Below, piece after piece: positions 1 through 11,307 of a DNA stretch of 46,276 bases. Positions within the stretch are counted from its first letter, which is position 1, and the number at the start of each line of letters is the position of its first letter. This stretch comes from Spirogloea muscicola (lineage: Eukaryota), in NCBI GenBank assembly GCA_009602725.1, contig WELB01000014.1, positions 1 through 46,276 of the forward strand. The letters run 5' to 3'. Both the position numbers and the translations under genes were made by a program. A model generated the notes under the pieces. It did no database searches. It saw nothing but the letters and a program-made list of their open reading frames with translations, and had not been told where the DNA came from.

Positions 1-1
1 G

Positions 2-3000
2 CTGCCGCCGCTGCCGCCTGCGCAGGGGCTGGAGGCGCTGAGGAGGCCGCCGCCGGCTCCAGCGGGCTCGCCGTTTGTGCCGCCGCGCGCCGCGGGGCTC
101 GACGGCAATGGCAGGCCGGCCGAGGACGACGACTCCGAAGGCGACGTGCTCAGCATCTCTTCTGACGACGACGACGACCACGTGGCCACGTCGAAGGTTG
201 TCGGCCCAGCGGTCCACCAAGCTTGGGCAACTGACCTTAGATGCGAGCCTTAGGCCTGGCGGCGGCATGCAAGGCAGCTTGCTGTTCACGCCTTCCAATG
301 TTGCCAGCTTAGTGACAGTCAAGTATCTGAAGTTGCAGCTCAAGTCTTCATCCTTGGCACTTGCAGATGAAGATAAATCCCTTCAGATCCTAGCGGCCGA
401 GGTGAGACTGACGTAATGATCTCGTCATGTATATCATTCTGGAGGAGCAGAAGGACAGGAGCGACACTGTGGTCAAGCGGCAGGAACAGCCACGCCGTGC
501 TCCCCTTGCCAAGGATGACGCGGAGCTGGACGAAGACGGCGAGGAGCCCATAGCGTGGGACGAGGTGCGAGAAGAAGAGGTGAGCGGGATTCGCCAGAAT
601 TGAGCTTTCGTGGAAGCCTTTCCATGCCTTTCAAAACTGTACTGGTAACCAGGTCCAGATTTTTGCACGTCATTCACATGTCATTGGAGCACAGTGACGG
701 CCTCAACCACCGTGAGGGATTCATATTGCTCAATGTATCACCTGCCTTGTGGGAGGGCAGCTTGAACGCCGGGTGCGAGATATGAGGCAGGGCCCTCCTG
801 TGGACCCTATCCGTACAGGTACCACGGTCGTCGGTGACTCGATGCAGATACAGCAGGGTGATCTCTTGGATCCACTTGGACTTGGGTAGGCTGCTAAGAA
901 CTTACAGCTTTCTTGTATCAGGAATGCCTTGTTCACTTGCAATGCCAGCCTTGACTATCTGGTCAAGTTTTTGTCTCAGCCCCAAAGTCCCCTACATGTA
1001 CCCAAGATTCCTGCAATGCATAGCTTAATATAGTGTGATAAAAGTAACAGTGTACAATATCCTGCATTGATTTTAAGCCTGCCCTCCTCATGCAGGGCCA
1101 TCAACCTGAAATCGATGACGCTCCTCCGCGGAGTCCACGTATCAATGTCGGGAGGTTTGTCCGCTCCTGGCTCCAACACGTCGTCGCCAGCAAGGCAGGC
1201 AATGCTTCGCGGCATGATGAAGGATGGCAAGATTAATTATGATGGGCTTCAGGTCCCAGAGTCGCCAGCATCATCGCAGGCAGAGACGCCCGGTGCTCGC
1301 ATAAACAATGTGCTTAAGGGTGAGATTTTTGCATATTAACATCTCAGCTGCTCTACATTGCAGCCCCAACCTTTCCCTTCTGTCCAATGGTCACCTTCCT
1401 ACTCTGCAAGCCGTTCCTATGCTTTCCCTATCTAACTACCACATGCCATCTTCTCACTCCCTTTCCTCACCCATGTTGCCCAGCATCCCTCTTCCCCATC
1501 CCCTCCTTACATCACTCTCCTCCCTTCACATTACTCCCTCCCTCGCCCCCTAACCCCAATGCACATTACCATGTTGGTTAGGGACGTGCAGTCATTTCTG
1601 AGGAATTCTCCGGTCTGCCTCCTCTGCTTCTTACCTACCAGCCACTCTAGAAACTTGGCCATGATTTGCTAGATAAACATGCCTGCTCTCTGACACAGCC
1701 ACTAAATAACAGGACTCCAAGTAGATTATTCAACCTGGTGAATGAGGAGATGAGAGATCAGTATCTGACATGAGACATCGGACAGCTAACAGCATCTGCT
1801 TACAGCACGTTTGTTGTTGGTTTGCAGACAAGTGCACTTACTACAGTGAAAACTTTGACTCCAAAGCTTACCTTGCAACAATTCATCGCGAGACTCCAGC
1901 CGCTGATCTTGAGAGTGGACAACTTGCGTTGAAAAAGGACCTACACAATCGAAAAGAGCAGCTGAAGCGGCTTGTGAAGGAGAATTTTGACTGTTTCATT
2001 TCGTGCAAGAATACAATAGATGGCAAGATCCTTTTCTCTACTACACACACTTGGCTGACAGCATCCTGCACTCCAGCTTGGTTTTGTCAAGGATGCAGAT
2101 TGACTTTGACATAAACGATGATCCTCTTCTGACATCTCTTGCTATCTCAACATTGTGTATCAAACAGACATACACAAGCGCATGAAAGAAATAGAGGAGG
2201 ATAAGGAGGGTGCTGGTACAATCCAGTTGAGCGCTGCCATAGCAGAGGTTGACTCTGTTGCCAAGCTGGCTTTTGGAACCCTTCTGGAACGTCAGGTCAG
2301 TGGTGTTGCTCCCTGAAGCACCAGGATACTTATAGCTGAGCAAGCATCAATAGAAGCTATTCGATCTATAGGCTCAGCCACAAGCTGGTCAGAATCATAA
2401 ATTCACATTAATGGCACTTCTCCTGAATACTACATCAGGACTGCCACTCGCTTGACGCTTCTTACCTCGCACGTAAAGTCATTGTTCTAACAGGAGCATG
2501 CAGATAGAATACGATCAGTGCAAGGGCTGTTGCAGCGCTTCCGAACGCTCTTCAATCTGCCTAGTACAATCCGAAATCATATCAGGAGAAAGGAGTACGA
2601 TGTGGCCATTCGAGAATACAAGAAGGCCAAGTCGCTAGTCATACCCACTCAGGTACAGCTCTCATGCCATTACATTCTCAAACCATCTTCCTGCACTTAA
2701 AAAGGCTGTCACTATTTTGACTTTCCAAGTGCTGATTGATTCTTTGTATAGATTGAAGATCGTGTGTGTTACATTTTGCCAGCAATCTTCATGATGTGCA
2801 GGTAGGCATACTGAAACGTGTACTTGAAGAAGTTGACAAAGTCATTCACGAGTTTAAGGAAGTGCTCTACAAGTCTGTGGAAGATCCCAATGTGGAGCTT
2901 TCTGAGGTACGAATTCACTTTCACTCTCCAACCTTGTGGTATTGCCTGCAGTCTCCTGGATTTTGCTGCCCCTTAATGTTGGTGTGAATTGATCTGCAAC

Positions 3001-6000
3001 ATGCCTACCAATCTGGCCTTGACAAGGACCAGCCTGTGCACTAGACAGACTGACAGCTACTATGACGCTCTTATTGGAGCTAATTGTTCGGGTATGACTG
3101 GTGCTGGACAGGTCGAGAAGAGCATACAGCTTCTGCATGAGTTAGAGCCAGACTCCGATCCTGTCTGGCACTATCTCTGCATACAGGTGAGCCTTCCTTA
3201 GTGTGGATGTGATATTCAATGGAGGTTCTTTTGGAAGCAGTCGATGACCGTGACATATTGTCATATATGTGCAGCACGACAGAGGCTGAAGCCAGTCATG
3301 AATACTACTATGGTACTACTGCAAGTAGTCCACTGACAAGCTGGGAGCTCAAATATATACTTTCTAAGCAGGATCGGCGCATACGAGGTTTGCTTGAAGG
3401 CTGCAGCATTGAGCATGAGAGTCACATGGAGGCTCTCCAAGAGAAGGTTCAGGAGCAGAAGGCAGCTGCTCAACGCTGGAAGGAACTTCAGCAGATTTCT
3501 TCCCAGTCTGTGAGGGCTCTTCCATGCTTTACAGCAACTGCAGGACTTAGTAGGCCATTCTGTGCTGGCCGTGTTGAGACTCGCATTCTCTTTGAGCCAT
3601 GTAAAATTTTTAGACATTGAGATGTGAAATTTGTCATCATGTAGCCACTGCAGTGACACATTTCACCTTAAGGCCACAGACTGCAGTTCCTCCGTACTTG
3701 AAGGTCTAGTTGAAGGCGAAGGCTCTAATTGCGACTGCTTGCCCGCAGTCAGAAGTGGACCTCTCACTGCTTGTGGGCGACGACGACGAGGATGATGAAA
3801 GCGGGGCGACAGGCACGAGCGGTGGCCTCATAGAAGAAGCTGACGCACTACAGCTGAGGCTCATCCGCAGGTTGTCAACCATCCTAGAGAAGAATGTGCC
3901 GCACTTCTGGCGGCTGTCCATTTCCATCTTCTCTGGCCGATTTGGTATGGACGAACAGGTGAGTCAAATCTTTCTCAATATCATGCAGGGTTGGGACGTG
4001 ATTTTCTAGCAGCTATTAAAGGCTCACAAATGCAGTAGTATAATTTAGTTGACGAGAACAACCATGACAATCCTGCATCTGTTGCTTATGTGATTAATCG
4101 GACATGTATCTGGAGGATTGCAGCTAAGAGGAGGAAAAGCAGGAAGTAGAGTAATTCCAGGCGTAGATGATAGTAGTAATAGATACATGCGGCACACAGA
4201 GGAAGAGGTGGAGGGGATGATACTTGGCATATTCGCTCTATATGAAAGCAAGGCAAGTGGTTCCAAAAGTTCAAGCCTGCAAAGGCGCATATTAGCTAGC
4301 AGAACTTGTCAACTTGTAGATCTTTAATAGGAGACAAGAACACCCAGGACACTTGGAAGCATGCAGTGTTGTCTATGTCTCTGCAGTTTTGAGTGTTATG
4401 CTGGCCACCCTTGAGAGCTGTGGGCGTGGAGCCTTGACGATTGGTGATTCTGAAGCCTATCTTGATTGCTCTCTCCAGATTCAAGTGGCCTTTGTTGCAC
4501 TGGCAGAAGGCAATATCTTGAGACCACAAGTTCGGTCTGCAGTTAGCGACATTGCATCTACATGCTCAGCTTTTATGAGTAATGACTGGGCCCCTCCAGC
4601 TGCAGGTATGCTATGTACCTCTTCCTATGCCTCTCATACCTCCTCCTCCCCTACCCCACTCTCTCCATCCGCCCGTCCAATATCCCTGTCCATCCAACCA
4701 TCTCAATGATGACAATGTCTAACTGGTAGCTTGATATAGCTGACCAGCACCTGCAGTACTCCGTGATAGTTGGTGGATTATGGTTCAATGATGTTTTGCA
4801 CTTGTTTGCTGGTTGTCGAGGCTGCTCCTTGCACAGGCCTAGCACCTGTGACCACAACTTGCATATACTTGTCATGCAGTGCAAGCAATCGTGGTGCTGA
4901 GGATTGAGGTCACCTTATTCTTTGTCACGAGGCTCTGCTCCTTGATGAGAGCCACGACGCAGCAGCTCTCAGAGGAGGAGGACTGGTGTCCAGTGCCCAA
5001 TACTCTGAGACAGGAAGCCCCAGTTGCCATCTCTGCATTCCCTCTCCGGTTCTTGGAGATGATGACTGCAGCAATGAGTCACATCTCTGAGTAAGACACA
5101 GTCACTGGACCTCTTGGAGGCCAATGCATGACTACCACACTGCCTTGACCTTAGAGATCTGATTGCTTAAAAGGTCAGGCAGTTGCTGCATTGGACTATT
5201 GAACTCTTCGTGGTTGCCTTGACCAACTTGCATTTTCCTGCTGACAATACTGTAACTAGCATGGAAAGAATTGGCGATGGCTACCCTTCTTTTGTGACCT
5301 TAGACACACTTCTACTTTTTCTCGGACTTTTCACAAGTACCGCTTGACCGCTTGAGCATTAGGCCGCCCTCAAAGGCATCTTCATCACCCCTTGGCAGTG
5401 TGCTAGAGAAAATGTGGGAGGATGACAACGAAATGGCCAATTGGGGCATCGAACAAGGCAATGCAGTGGCTGAGGCTATGACTGGTATCCAGAATTCTGT
5501 AAAAGTTGCATTTTTAGACTCATTCTTTGATTCTCTGGTGAGTCCCAACTTGAGCTCTTGCTTTCTATCAGCAGGTTACGTCAGTTGCCAATAGAGTGGC
5601 ATATCACCTGCTGGTCAATTTCTCAGGTTCTTTGACATCGATCACTGTCTTGATGCAAATTATTTGGCTGTACTACTCTCTGTTGACCTGCTTTGACAAG
5701 TTTTGCCTTAATTCGGCCTTTGCTTGCAGATTGCATCGAAAAGGTGGCAGAGCAGCTTCCTCAGACCAGCACACCAGACCAGGGGGTGTTGGAGAGTCCA
5801 GGAGTAGGTCCCGCCTCCCCCAATGGGTCAATGCTGGGTAATGGCTCAGGCCTTTCAACGAGCTACATGGGCCTGGAGGCAGGAGAGGAGGTTGCCTCTC
5901 CACATCAGCGGATACTCATGCTGCTCTCGAACTCTAGCTTCTGCCGTGTCATCATCCTACCTGAGCTGACCTTAAAGCATGAGCGACTCTGGATAGGCGT

Positions 6001-8020
6001 GGATGGCAGGTCAGTAGAGACGCTCTGATCAAGTGCCATGCAAAAATTGTTCAGCGAGTGCTGTATAGAAAAGCAAGAGATGGAGTTGTCGTTGTGCCTC
6101 GCTGGTTGGAAAATTGGTTTCTCTTGATCGATATTTTGGTCCTCTCCTTCCAGCGAGGACATGCAACAGCATCCAGGGGTCCCCTTGCCGTCGTACATGC
6201 AGAGGCCCGAGACCGACAACAACTACCTCACCAGCCAGAAAGTCAACGAGCACCTCATCAGCCTGGAGGAGAAGCTTCTGAATCAGTACCTTGATGCAAA
6301 GGCGGCACTTCTAGGCCCTGCAGTTGCTGCTTACCTTCTGGAAGATGGCACACAATGGTCGTCTGCTCCGCCAGTCAAGGTTTGATACTTGAGCACACAA
6401 GTGCCAGTTGTGCAGTGGACTCCTTGACCACTTGCAGGACCTATGAACTTGGACATGACAGCCTCACTCTGCCATTCCTTACCTTGTATCAACACCAACT
6501 TGTCCTCTTAAACCATGATATAGCGCATTTCGCATTGTAATTTTCCAAGTGCCTTCTGCTCCATGCTTGGATTATGGACAGGAATAGCTTCACTGAGTTG
6601 AGCAGCTGTTGAGGCTGGACTGAGACAAAGGTTGAGACTGAGATGCCCTCCATTGTGCATGCGTCAGGGCCTGAGGGACTCGGCACTGGAGCTGATGCAC
6701 CCGCTTGTTGAAGTACACGCTGAGGTGTTCACAGGGGCCATGCCGTTCCTTCACCGTGCCATTGCGGTGTTGGCGGAGGGCCTCATGCACGCACTCTTGT
6801 CAGTGTCCTCGGAGCACAAGGCGCTTAATCAGCTCGATCCGAATGCCTTCTGCCAGCTCTCACTCGAGGTACTCCGTTGTTGTAAGAGAAAAACGCAGTT
6901 GTTTGATGATGTGACTTGCCCTCTTCTGCTAGCTCAGCACCAAGGCTGGCCAACCTGGACTGAAGAGAAATTTGTATGACGTTGTGTTCAGCTGGACTAC
7001 TTTGAAACCATTCTAGCATCCTTCACGACACCGGCAATGGAGGACACGGTCATCTCCCTGCGTGAGCAGCTCCTTGACCGGACTTTGGAGGGCCTCCAGC
7101 TCTACAATGAGTCGCTAGAGCCCGCTGGGGCCCGAGGTCGCAGGGGCCAGCAGGAAGATGTGGATGATAAGGCCGCTGCACTGCCCCTCCTGCATAGCCC
7201 TGAGGACGTGCTGGTGAGTGCTTGCCAACAACCTCAGCTCCTTCTTATCACATCTGATTATACACGGTTTGCAATGCGTCACCACTTCCTGCAGGGATGC
7301 TCTTCAGCTTTGCCGCTTGTGGTGTTGTGGGCCGCTCATGCCAGGATATAGATTGACGTCTCCGCCCACACCATTTGGCACTACATTTCTTGTCTGCTCA
7401 AGCTGGTTGCTTCTGGCGGTTCCCTCGCGTCCATAACAGCTTTGCACACCCCGCCGCTGTGACCACAGGCAATGGCAAGGGGGCTGAGCGCTGACTTCCT
7501 GGCAGCGGAACTCAAGCGGACGCGCATAAATGTTGTCTGCTTCACTGAGGCCCGCCCACAGGAGGACGGGTTGGGCTACGGCATGCTCGGTCAAAGAGCC
7601 GGCACTGGGCAGCCTGTTGCTGGACGGCCATACAATGCGTCCTCCCAACAAGGGCCGCTGGCCGGCAGCAGCGGCAGGCCATACGGAGGTGGCAGCGTGC
7701 CTCCCACTTATGCTCCTCCTCAAGTCGGAGGACCTCCGCTGCAGAAGACGCTGTCCGGCGGCGGGTCAACGGGTGCCAGGAGCCTACGGCGTAAGGAGGG
7801 CAGCGGCGAGCTCCTGCCAGCCCGAGGCCCGGGCCTGCCGCCCCTCCCCTCCCATGCACCGTCGCTGTCCAATGCATCTGACACCAGCTCCGACTATGGC
7901 GAGCGCTTCAGCAAGGCCCCTGCTGGCCCAGGCCCAGGCACAGCTGCTGGATCCCGCCGAGCTCCCAAGTCGCTGCGGCGGAGCCTCAGCCGGCAGTCAG
8001 ATGATGAGCTCCACTATTAG
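2..8020 (+). CDS. SEC5: Exocyst complex component SEC5/EXOC2 (5' partial, ~20 exons)
   Basis: Spliced exons approx. <2-196, ~451-579, 761-885, 1096-1319, 1828-2022, 2168-2295, 2494-2652, 2802-2906, 3112-3186, 3372-3509, 3749-3958, 4124-4252, 4479-4605, 4880-5090, 5399-5537, 5730-6009, 6154-6379, 6668-6868, 6992-7213, 7469-8020. They give EDDDSEGDVLSISS, LVKENFDCFISCKNTIDD, RSVQGLLQRFRTLFNLPSTIR, LKRVLEEVDKV, LEPDSDPVWHYL and GLRDSALELMHPLVEVHAEVF, all recalled plant SEC5 motifs. Frame is open from base 2, so the start lies upstream of the window. Confidence 0.95.
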
Positions 8021-8359
8021 TCAAGTACTACTATTGACTCCTGACAAATAAGACTGCCTAGAGACGCAGTGAATGTGTTTTTCTCAAGTGGTTCAGGATG
8101 ATTGAGCTGCTGGCGTCCAGGCCGACCAGCGGCACACATCCTGGTCCTCCTCATTGCCCATTCGACCTCTTGCTGCTTTAGCAGCACTGAACGTCCTCTT
8201 TGAGCCTCAGTTGCCCTCTCGGCTGATCTTGGTGAAGAACCTGCAACTCCTTCAGATGTCTATGGCCAAAGTGGTCATAAGACTTCGTTGTACTCGTGCT
8301 TTTCTTATCCATATCCTTCGTCACCTGCACGGAATCTGATAACAGAGGGAAGCAGTAAC

Positions 8360-8740
8360 CAACGGCTTGACGTCCCGATGTCCTGACGTCATAGCGATCT
8401 CAATGTTACCAAGGGGAGCAGGCCGATGTCACCACGCAGGTGTATCGCATGCGCCTGTCTGTACCGCTGCGGTCAGTGGCACATGCATTGCATCTGCGTG
8501 CTGGTCAAGTTTTGGCCGCAGCTTTTGGGTGTAGACAGGGGACTTGCTACATGGAGACAATATCTGTGACCTGCGGCTGCTCAACAGGGGGCATTGAGCA
8601 CCCAGTGGCCACTTGAGTCGCTGTGTTTTATTTGGCGCTCTTCTGGCCCCTTCCAACTTCGTGCATTCTTTCTTCTAGGCTGGTCAATCGCAGCCATCGC
8701 CCTCTACTGGAAGAGTCTTTCTCTTGTAACCTGCAAAGGC
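8360..8740 (+). mobile_element. Degenerate 3' remnant of RLE non-LTR retroelement (ORF C-terminus + 3' UTR)
   Basis: Translates YRMRLSVPLRSVAHALHLRAGQVLA and, after a frameshift, ICDLRLLNRGH-stop. This matches the C-terminus of the longer copies (RRRMSACLQRAQANALHQKAGRAL ... ISDLCVLTRGC-stop). It is followed by the shared module ggctgg..cagccatcgccctctactggaagagtc. Confidence 0.65.
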
Positions 8741-9339
8741 AGGCGTAGTTGCAGAAGGGCCAGGCCACAGACGATAGGCGGGGGTCAGGATGTTAACAGT
8801 GGGTCAGAAGCCACGGGGTCGCATAAGCTAGACCAAAGGAGGCGAGACGGCGCCCTTCCGACGTTTGTTTCAAATACACGAAATTCTCTTCCGACGAGCA
8901 AGTGAGGCGAGTGGGGAGCAGTCGGCGCAATGCCACAAAACCTGGCGCTGGTGCAAATAGAGAGCGGGGGTCAAAGAGGCCGGCGCGGAAGCAAGCAAAG
9001 GAAGGCTGCCTTCTCACGAGAGGGCAGTCAGTGGCTGTGAGGAGGCAGCAGTTGAGGAGTTCACGGAAGCTCTCTGGAGCCGGACTGGGCCAGGCAGGGC
9101 GTGGGCGCCGCCGAGAAGGCTGGTGGCGTACAAAGGACGCAGCGGCGGTGGTTCTTTTCCCCTTGGTGTACGTGTATTCGTGCAGCTTTTCCAAGATATC
9201 GACATAATCAACTTATGGCGCCGCAGCATGCAGGGCCGCAGCATGCCAGGAGGAGGCGGAGGAGGAGGTGCTCCGCCGCGGAGCCTCGGAGCTGCAGCTG
9301 TGCAGGAGCACTTAGAGCGGAGGGAGGGCGGCGGATGCA

Positions 9340-9900
9340 GAAGAAAGGAAGAAAGAAAGGGCTCGCCTGTTGAGGATGGGGGCTGGAAAAGCCAGCCCAA
9401 AAACGAAGATGCAGCGGTCACTGAGCCAGGCAAAGCGGTTTTGCTAATTCGGAGGGGCGGCTGTGAAGGCCAGCCGAGTGCCCCCGGAGGGAAATGGAGA
9501 CTGTATAAAGAGACGGAGGGCCTGTGTGGCCAAGTACGAAGGCAAGCCCACAGAGGGACTGGCTAGAGCACAAACGCTGCGTGGAGATGCAGGCTGGGCA
9601 AATGGGCTAAAGGGGGCCTCCTCGTGTCAGCAAGGAGAAGTCAGGTGGGAGCGGGAAACTTGCGTGTATTGAAAAAATGGAAGGGTTGAGTGGTAAGTAC
9701 GTTGGCAAGCACAGGTGGGCTGCCGGGAGGGAGGGAACCTCGCTGCGCTTCGGCCACAGTGGGGGCCGCCTGGGACACGACTGTGTTCTGAGTGATAAAA
9801 ACAAAAAGTGTGATGGAGGGCCTGAGTTGGCCATGTACGTGGGCAAGCATGCTGCAGCTCTTCCCAAGGCGATGACGGCAGTGGAAGGCCAGCACCAAAG
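9340..9900 (-). repeat. Cluster of retroelement 3'-UTR modules (hairpin module plus three copies of the tggccaagtacgaaggcaagc-like tail)
   Basis: gggctgg-aaaag-ccagccc at 9380-9398. Tails at ~9520-9550, ~9680-9712 and ~9790-9850 resemble 20605-20637 and, on the opposite strand, 31095-31160. Confidence 0.6.
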
Positions 9901-10099
9901 AGAAGGGGGGGGGGGGGGGGGGGGGGGGNGGGGGAAGGGAGGAGAGAGAGATGGCGCGAGGTACGCATGCAGTGAGAGGGAGGCCAACTTGAAGCCAACA
10001 CTGCGCTCCGGCAGAGTGCCGCTTTTCCTACTTCGAGTTATTCTGATGTGCTGTTACTCACTCGTGGATACTGAGCATCCACCTTTGTAGTCCTTTTCA

Positions 10100-10900
10100 G
10101 CATCTTTTTCTTTTTCGGCTTTGGATACTGTCCATTCTTCTAGGGCTGGCTTTGCCAGCCCCTCTTCTCTTCTCTACGGGCGAGCACTTTATTCTCTTCT
10201 TTTGGACGACGTACATTGCTTTGGGCTGGCCTCTCGCAGCCATCGCCCTCTACTGGAAGAGTCTTTCTCTCACAGCCATTGCTATACATTCGAGGAGCTC
10301 TTTATCTTAGGCAAAGCTAGTGCAGATGTTGGGGCTACATGAAACGGAGCCCTATGCTATGCGGGGTTACTAAGCTCCGATACGCTGCAGTCTCTTGCTT
10401 AGCCTTGTGATCTGGCGCCTTTTGGCCCTGTAGACCCTGTCCACTCCTTCTGGGCTGATTACTTAGTGATCATCCTACATGGTCCGTGCTTATAATATCT
10501 GTCAGCGCTACTCGGCCCTTCGGACCTTGTCAACCATCGTCGGCCTGGCTGTTCACAGCCAGCCCGAAAACAGGGGATACTGAGCACCCAGTGGCCACCT
10601 GAGTCGCTGTGCGCTTCCAACGCTGTTCTGGCCCCTCGAACCTTGTTCAATCTTCTCCTCGGACTGGCCAATCACAGACATCGCCCTCTACTGGAAGAGT
10701 CTGCCTTTCCATTCCTTTGGGCTGGCCTTTCCCAGCCACCAGTCAATCTGGCCGCGCTTCTTGCTTTCACAGCCCCAGCCCCCTTTGGAAGAAAGAACGA
10801 GCTCACTTGGAACGAGCTCATCTTTTCTTCTTCTTGAATTGGCCTCCCTTTCAATTCATGCGCCCCGCGCGCCTTCTCTCTTCTACTTGGAAGAACTCCT
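10100..10900 (+). repeat. Stack of retroelement 3'-UTR modules upstream of the ANK-BTB gene
   Basis: gggctggc-ttt-gccagccc at 10143-10161, and gggctggcctctcgcagccatcgccctctactggaagagtc at ~10223-10263. ggggttactaagctcc..gtctcttgct..tggcgcc..tggccct (10363-10457) matches 37655-37765. caggggatactgagcacccagtggccacctgagtcgctgtg (10571-10611) matches 8585-8625. Confidence 0.7.
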
Positions 10901-11307
10901 CTTGCTAAGGAGGCTATGGAGGCTTAAGATGATAGTGTGACGTCAGAGTATATAGGGAGGGAGAGAGGAAGGAAGGAGGGAGGAGGCGATCGTCGCCGGG
11001 GCAATGGGCGGACGGGCACGGCAGGGGCGCCAGGGAAGGAGGAGGGAGGATGTGACTCTCTCTTTCTCTCTCTCTCTCTCGCTCTCTCTTTTGGCTCCGT
11101 CATAAACACCTGTATGCATCTGGCTGGCAGTTTACAGCCAATTTTCTAATATCAGCAGCCGCTTCTTTTTTTCTCTCTCGCTCTGCGCGCACTTTCCTCT
11201 CCTCTTCAGAGGCTCGCCGAGGCCAACAGAGCTCCCGCCGCCGCCGCGCCGCCGCCACCGCCGCCACCGCCGTCGTGGGTGGCGGCGGCATTGGCGGCGA
11301 AGGCGGG

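Noticed and set aside
75..416. ORF-track protein starting near ATG 108
   Set aside because: Wrong frame. The SEC5-like sequence (EDDDSEGDVLSISS) is in the frame open from base 2.
1370..1560. C/T-rich tract in a SEC5 intron (also poly-G 9906-9934 and (CT)n 11057-11090)
   Set aside because: Ordinary low-complexity or microsatellite DNA with no evidence of function; the poly-G contains an ambiguous base.
8793..9330. Protein-like fragment VDYVDILEKLHEYTYTKG and overlapping GC-rich ORFs
   Set aside because: No consistent exon structure or recognisable family, and it is embedded between repeat remnants.
10100..10900. Dispersed hairpin repeats as independent MITEs or Helitron ends
   Set aside because: No terminal inverted repeats, target-site duplications or hairpin-plus-CTRR terminus were seen. 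The modules are contiguous with the retroelement ORF end in several copies.
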